Position numbers and translations under genes: made by a program. Positions 57,344 through 64,000 of a stretch of DNA of 64,000 nucleotides are shown here, piece by piece. Origin of the DNA: Geopsychrobacteraceae bacterium (lineage in GTDB: Bacteria > Desulfobacterota > Desulfuromonadia > Desulfuromonadales > Geopsychrobacteraceae); assembly GCA_963676795.2 (NCBI GenBank), contig CAXXTB010000001.1, positions 192,001 through 256,000 on the forward strand. Reading direction: 5' to 3'. The notes below the pieces were generated by a model. That model had not been told where the DNA came from and made no database searches. It saw nothing but the letters and a program-made list of their open reading frames with translations. The first letter of the stretch is position 1. Each line of letters begins with the position of its first letter.

Positions 57344-58818
57344 AGCTGTTCTCCTCTATTGGCTAACGGCAGATAGACCTGAAAACGACTCCCCTTGCCG
57401 GGGTCGCTGCTGACACTGATCCAGCCGCCGTGCTCTTCGATAATGCCATAGGCGATCGAGAGGCCAAGGCCTGTCCCCTGACCGACATCCTTGGTGGTAA
57501 AGAAGGGATCGAAGATCTGCTTGCGGGTCGCTTCATCCATACCGATCCCCTGGTCAACCACCTCCAGACAGGCCCAGCGCTCCGACCTGTTTTTGATATT
57601 CTCCGGGGGAACCACCTGCGTGGCCTCCCGACAATGCAGCTCGAGACAGCCGCCATCGGGCATCGCCTGTATACCGTTGAGACAGAGGTTGAGCAGAACC
57701 TGCTGAATCTGGGCCGGGTCGACCTCCGCCCTGAGCGGTTGCTCAGACTCACAGATTTTCATCTCGACCTTGAGCTTGTGGGCGGTCGGATCGAGCAACG
57801 GCTCTACGGCCCGCACGACTGGGTTCAGGTCAACCGGTTGTTTGCGTGATTCGCCGCGCCGGGCGAAGCTGAGCAGCTGACGCATGATGGCCGTCATCCG
57901 CTCGGCCTGCTCGCCGATAATCCGGGCACTGCGTGAGACGTCCTCGGTGCCCAGGTCCCCGCGACCGATCAGCTTGGCCCGCCCTGCTATGACATTGAGC
58001 GGTGTCCCCAGCTCGTGAGCCATCCCGGCGGAGAGCTGACCCAGGGTCGCCAGCCGCTCGGTATGCCTGAGCTTTTCCAGGGCGGCGATCTTTGCGGCGT
58101 TGGCCTCCAGTTCGGCCTGACGCGCCTCGGCCAGCTGACCACGCATCCGTTCGATGGTCGATGAGAGCTCGGCCAGCTCATCCCGGCCGCTCAGGTTGAC
58201 ACTGGTGGTAAAATCGCCGGTCCCGATCCGTTCGGCCTGTGCCCTCAGTTTGCGCATCGGCCGACCGACCCAGATACTCCCCAGCACCCCCATCAGCAAC
58301 AGCCCGGAAGCGACACAGCCGATGATGATATAGGCACTGCGGCGCAAACTGCCTTCGACATAATCGTGCAGTTCATCCATCGATTCCGACAGCTCGATGG
58401 CACCGAGTCGGCCATCGGGAATCATCAGCGGCACGTAGGTAAGGAGAAAATCGCGCCCGTCATCGGTGCCGGCAATCAGGGCGACCGTCACTTCATCGTG
58501 CAGCTCTTCCAGGCGATCGATCGGTAATTGTGGCTTGTACTTCTTCTCGGCATTCTCATCGATCCAGACCCAACGCACCAGGGTCTGGGTATACCCCTGA
58601 TTGGCCCGACCGAGGAAACTGATCGCCACCTCTTCACCGCGCTGCTGCCAGAGTTCGGTGACGATCGCCCTCAGACTCTCGCCGATATGGCGCGACTCAC
58701 GGCTCAAGTTTTTCTTCAACTGAGCCCGCTCACGCTGGATCGAATAGTAGCTGTGAACCGAGAAGATCAGAGCCACCCCGAGCAGAATGGCGAAGGTGAT
58801 TTTAATTGTCAGGCGCAT
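57340..58818 (-). CDS. HAMP-domain sensor histidine kinase
   Basis: Two TM helices, HAMP (GRDEL), MAHELGTPL, DPFFTTK/GTGLGL; coupled to the bEBP. Confidence 0.92.
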   Translation of the reverse strand: MRLTIKITFAILLGVALIFSVHSYYSIQRERAQLKKNLSRESRHIGESLRAIVTELWQQRGEEVAISFLGRANQGYTQTLVRWVWIDENAEKKYKPQLPIDRLEELHDEVTVALIAGTDDGRDFLLTYVPLMIPDGRLGAIELSESMDELHDYVEGSLRRSAYIIIGCVASGLLLMGVLGSIWVGRPMRKLRAQAERIGTGDFTTSVNLSGRDELAELSSTIERMRGQLAEARQAELEANAAKIAALEKLRHTERLATLGQLSAGMAHELGTPLNVIAGRAKLIGRGDLGTEDVSRSARIIGEQAERMTAIMRQLLSFARRGESRKQPVDLNPVVRAVEPLLDPTAHKLKVEMKICESEQPLRAEVDPAQIQQVLLNLCLNGIQAMPDGGCLELHCREATQVVPPENIKNRSERWACLEVVDQGIGMDEATRKQIFDPFFTTKDVGQGTGLGLSIAYGIIEEHGGWISVSSDPGKGSRFQVYLPLANRGEQL

Positions 58819-58938
58819 CTAAAGGGGCTGCCTCTCTGGCCGTCGAGACCTGAACCGTTAAAAACTGAATGGTTGATTCGGACGGAAAGCCTCATCTTGA
58901 TTCGGCTGCGAGCACTTGTCAAGCACCCTGTCGGTGAC

Positions 58939-58967
58939 AAAAAAACCCGGTCATGACTGACCGGGTT
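58939..58967 (-). terminator. Intrinsic terminator after tatC
   Basis: Minus strand ACCCGGTCA-GTCA-TGACCGGGT followed by a T run. Confidence 0.8.
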
Positions 58968-58986
58968 GAATATTGCGTCACTCTTC

Positions 58987-59043
58987 ACCCCCCTGCTCGC
59001 AAGCTCGCTTCCCCCCTATTTTATAGGGGGGATTGAGGGGGGT
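58987..59043 (-). repeat. Repeat family A, copy 4
   Basis: ACCCCCCTGCTCGCAAGCTCGCTTCCCCCCTATTTTATAGGGGGGATTGAGGGGGGT, 2 bp past the tatC stop. Confidence 0.92.
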
Positions 59044-59045
59044 CA

Positions 59046-59813
59046 TTAATTGGAGGCCGCATCCGCCTCGTCTTCGAATTCATCCTCAACCTTCTTTTTC
59101 TTGCCGAACAGCCGCGCAACGACGATACCGACCTCGTAAAGGATGACAAAGGGGATCGCGATCGAAGCCTGGGAAAACAGATCTGGCGGAGTCAGCACGG
59201 CACCGACGACGAAGGCGACAATGACGGCGTATTTACGTTTTTTCGCCAGCCACTTGTGATCAACGATACCCAGCCGGGAAAGAAAGAAGATAAGGATCGG
59301 CAGTTCAAAGACCAGGCCGAAGGCGATCAACAGACGGGTTGCCAGGGTCAGGTAGGAGCCCATCGACAACATCGCCTGAATGCCACCGACACTGATACCA
59401 TAGGTCACCAGGAAGGTGAAGACCATCGGGAAAACCAGGGTAAAACCGAAGTAGGCCCCGACCAGGAAACAGAGCGAGCTGAAAAAAACGAAGGGCACTG
59501 CCACCCGTTTTTCATTCTTGTAGAGTCCAGGCGCGATGAAACCCCAGATCTGCCAGACGATGATCGGAAAGGCACAGACCAGGGCGGCCAGGGCGGAAAC
59601 CTTGAGGATGGTGAAAAAGGGCTCGGTCGCGTTGATAAAGACCAGCGAACTCCCTTCGGGTAGTGCCTGCTGAACCGGTTCGGCGACAAACTGGAAGATT
59701 CTCTCACCAAAGGCATAACAGACCAGAAAAGCGACCAGCCAGGCTCCCGCGGCAATCATCAAGCGTTTGCGCAGTTCGCCCAGGTGGTCGGTCAGTGTCA
59801 TCTCGTCAGCCAT
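59046..59813 (-). CDS. tatC: Twin-arginine translocase subunit TatC
   Basis: MTL.DHL.ELRKRL, FIAPGLY..E, FG..FELP, LTPPD. True start MADEM overlaps the upstream stop. Confidence 0.94.
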   Translation of the reverse strand: MADEMTLTDHLGELRKRLMIAAGAWLVAFLVCYAFGERIFQFVAEPVQQALPEGSSLVFINATEPFFTILKVSALAALVCAFPIIVWQIWGFIAPGLYKNEKRVAVPFVFFSSLCFLVGAYFGFTLVFPMVFTFLVTYGISVGGIQAMLSMGSYLTLATRLLIAFGLVFELPILIFFLSRLGIVDHKWLAKKRKYAVIVAFVVGAVLTPPDLFSQASIAIPFVILYEVGIVVARLFGKKKKVEDEFEDEADAASN

Positions 59814-60186
59814 CGACTTGCGACTCCTGTTTTGGCTCAGCGACCGGATCGGTCTTGGCGACCGTTGCCGGCGGCTTATCCGAAGCAGAATCTTCAGTGC
59901 CAGCGGCCTCCTCGCCCTCTTCTGCAAGAGAGCTTTCCTCAGCAGCCGGGACCGGCTCCAGGCCATGTTCCTGGGCGACCATCCGGGCAGTCTTTTCATT
60001 GGCCGCCTTGAGCTCGTCCGCTTTCATCTCCATCTCAAAGGTGGTTTTGAGCTCATTGGTGGCTTTCTTGAACTCGGCAAAACCACGCCCCAGCGACTTT
60101 GCCAGTTCAGGCAGTTTTTTGGGGCCGAGTACGATCAACGCAATAGCGACGATCAATATCATTTCTGTCATACCGATGCCGAACAT
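59806..60186 (-). CDS. tatB: Twin-arginine translocase subunit TatB/TatA
   Basis: MFGIG..E...[15 protein letters not shown], long acidic tail, directly upstream of tatC. Confidence 0.85.
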   Translation of the reverse strand: MFGIGMTEMILIVAIALIVLGPKKLPELAKSLGRGFAEFKKATNELKTTFEMEMKADELKAANEKTARMVAQEHGLEPVPAAEESSLAEEGEEAAGTEDSASDKPPATVAKTDPVAEPKQESQVDG

Positions 60187-60248
60187 CCGTGCAGTTCCTC
60201 TCTTACAGGGTGTAACTGAGGCAACATGAAAACCGCTCCAGTCCGGCG

Positions 60249-60329
60249 AGAATAGACGCTAAACACCCCCCTGTCAAGCGCTCTAAAGGCGGTGAAAAGA
60301 TTGACAGATCAGGGGGTTTAGTCTACGAT
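60249..60329. promoter_or_regulatory. Back-to-back sigma-70 promoters (tatBC and nadA)
   Basis: Minus strand TTGACA(60277-72)-N17-TATTCT; plus strand TTGACA(60301-06)-N17-TACGAT. Confidence 0.7.
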
Positions 60330-60529
60330 TCGGGTTCATTTTCGGGCTGATCGCTTCAGTCTCGAAAAAAGAGCCGGAAACATACGGTAATTTAAACGGA
60401 ACAGGCGGATTCTATTCCGCTGTCCTGATACTGTCTGCGCACTTGCGAGCCCCTGTATTTGTTCCTGGCAACATACACCGGGGCTCTGTCATTTTGACGC
60501 TGACATGGTGATGAAGAGAGACAAAACGC

Positions 60530-61447
60530 ATGACCCAGGCCGATATCAAAGCACGTATCAAGGAACTGGCCGCTGAAAAGCAGGCCCTGATCATAGCCCA
60601 TAACTACCAGCGCGACGAAGTGCAGGAGATCGCCGACATCACCGGTGACTCGCTGGCCCTGTCGATCGAAGCGGCAAAGACCGACAAACCGGTCATCGTC
60701 TTCTGCGGCGTGCATTTCATGGCCGAAAGTGCAGCTATTCTCGCTCCGGAGAAGACCATCCTGCTGCCACGCGCCGACGCTGGCTGCCCGATGGCCGACA
60801 TGGTCACCGCCGAGGGACTGATCGAACTGAAGAAACAGCATCCTGACGCAACCGTCGTCACCTATGTCAACTCATCGGCCGCCGTCAAGGCCGAAAGCGA
60901 CATCTGCTGTACCAGCTCCAACGCCGTCAACGTTGCCCGCTCCCTCGACGCCAAAAAACTGCTGCTCGTTCCTGACCGCAACCTGGGGCGCTATATCGCC
61001 AAGCAGGTACCGGACAAGGAATGCATCTGCTGGGAAGGCTACTGCCCGACCCACGACCGGCTCAAGACCGAAGAGGTCATCCAGATGAAGGCAGAGCATC
61101 CGGACGCCCTGTTCATGGCTCACCCGGAATGCCGCCCAGATATCCTCGAACTGGCCGACCATATCTGCTCAACCAGTGGCATGTACGAGTTCGCCCTCAG
61201 CAACCCGGCCAAAAAATTCATCGTCGCCACCGAGAACGGGATTCTCTGGCGTCTGAAAAAGGACAACCCGGAAAAGACCTTCCTGATACCGAGCCGGGCG
61301 CTGATCTGCCCGAATATGAAGCTGACCTCCCTGGAAGATATCGTCAAATGCCTGGAGACCATGGAACCGCAGATCACCGTCCCTGAGGATGTCAGGCTCA
61401 AGGCCAAGGGCAGCCTCGACAGGATGCTCGCCGTTCCCCGCGATTGA
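60530..61447 (+). CDS. nadA: Quinolinate synthase
   Basis: AHNYQ, GDSL, FCGV.FMAE, AGCPMA, YVNSSA, AHPEC, C.NMK; Fe-S cysteines present. Confidence 0.96.
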   Translation: MTQADIKARIKELAAEKQALIIAHNYQRDEVQEIADITGDSLALSIEAAKTDKPVIVFCGVHFMAESAAILAPEKTILLPRADAGCPMADMVTAEGLIELKKQHPDATVVTYVNSSAAVKAESDICCTSSNAVNVARSLDAKKLLLVPDRNLGRYIAKQVPDKECICWEGYCPTHDRLKTEEVIQMKAEHPDALFMAHPECRPDILELADHICSTSGMYEFALSNPAKKFIVATENGILWRLKKDNPEKTFLIPSRALICPNMKLTSLEDIVKCLETMEPQITVPEDVRLKAKGSLDRMLAVPRD

Positions 61448-61453
61448 TTATCG

Positions 61454-61510
61454 ACCCCCCTCAATCCCCCCTATAAAATAGGGGGGAAGCGAGTTTACGA
61501 GCAGGGGGGT
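61454..61510 (+). repeat. Repeat family A, copy 5
   Basis: ACCCCCCTCAATCCCCCCTATAAAATAGGGGGGAAGCGAGTTTACGAGCAGGGGGGT, 6 bp past the nadA stop. Confidence 0.9.
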
Positions 61511-61536
61511 ATTGCTCACCTGCTGAAACAATAATT

Positions 61537-64000
<2,464 letters not shown>

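Noticed and set aside
59814..59999. N-terminal extension of TatC in the ORF track
   Set aside because: It overlaps tatB in another frame; TatC homology begins at MADEM (59813).

Overview
A 64-kb chromosomal window from a moderately GC-rich bacterium. Gene content and order (tatBC-nadA-mfd, hflKC, many PAS/Cache hybrid kinases, a sigma-54 activator) suggest a Desulfuromonadales/Geobacteraceae-like deltaproteobacterium (inference). It holds about 50 CDS. Housekeeping genes include pduO-type adenosyltransferase, rsmE, rsgA, hflKC, thpR, an rluA-family synthase, degQ, tatBC, nadA and a partial mfd. Signalling genes are a GGDEF cyclase, two hybrid kinases and a HAMP kinase/bEBP pair. Accessory cassettes are: HTH-PBP regulator/AbrB/clostridial-type GAPDH; DUF2917-MocR-EamA; TctCBA; TetR-RND efflux; a Liv-type ABC importer; LuxR/APC permease-amidase-gabTD; and ArsR-permease-thioredoxin. 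I found no rRNA, tRNA, CRISPR array or transposase. The most interesting non-coding signals are: (1) three ANTAR-like hexaloop hairpins at exact 29-nt spacing in the leader of the permease-amidase-gabTD operon; (2) 10-bp-period direct repeats driving an AbrB + Pi-site-altered GAPDH pair; (3) three families of palindromic intergenic repeats, two with a clear orientation bias; (4) a 22-bp-arm perfect palindrome covering the arsR promoter and RBS; (5) a sigma-54 degQ operon whose 3' UTR displays an anti-Shine-Dalgarno loop; (6) structured leaders before nadA and a Bcr/CflA pump. An orphan Pycsar-effector-like membrane gene is also present. All product calls come from motif recognition by eye, without database searches.
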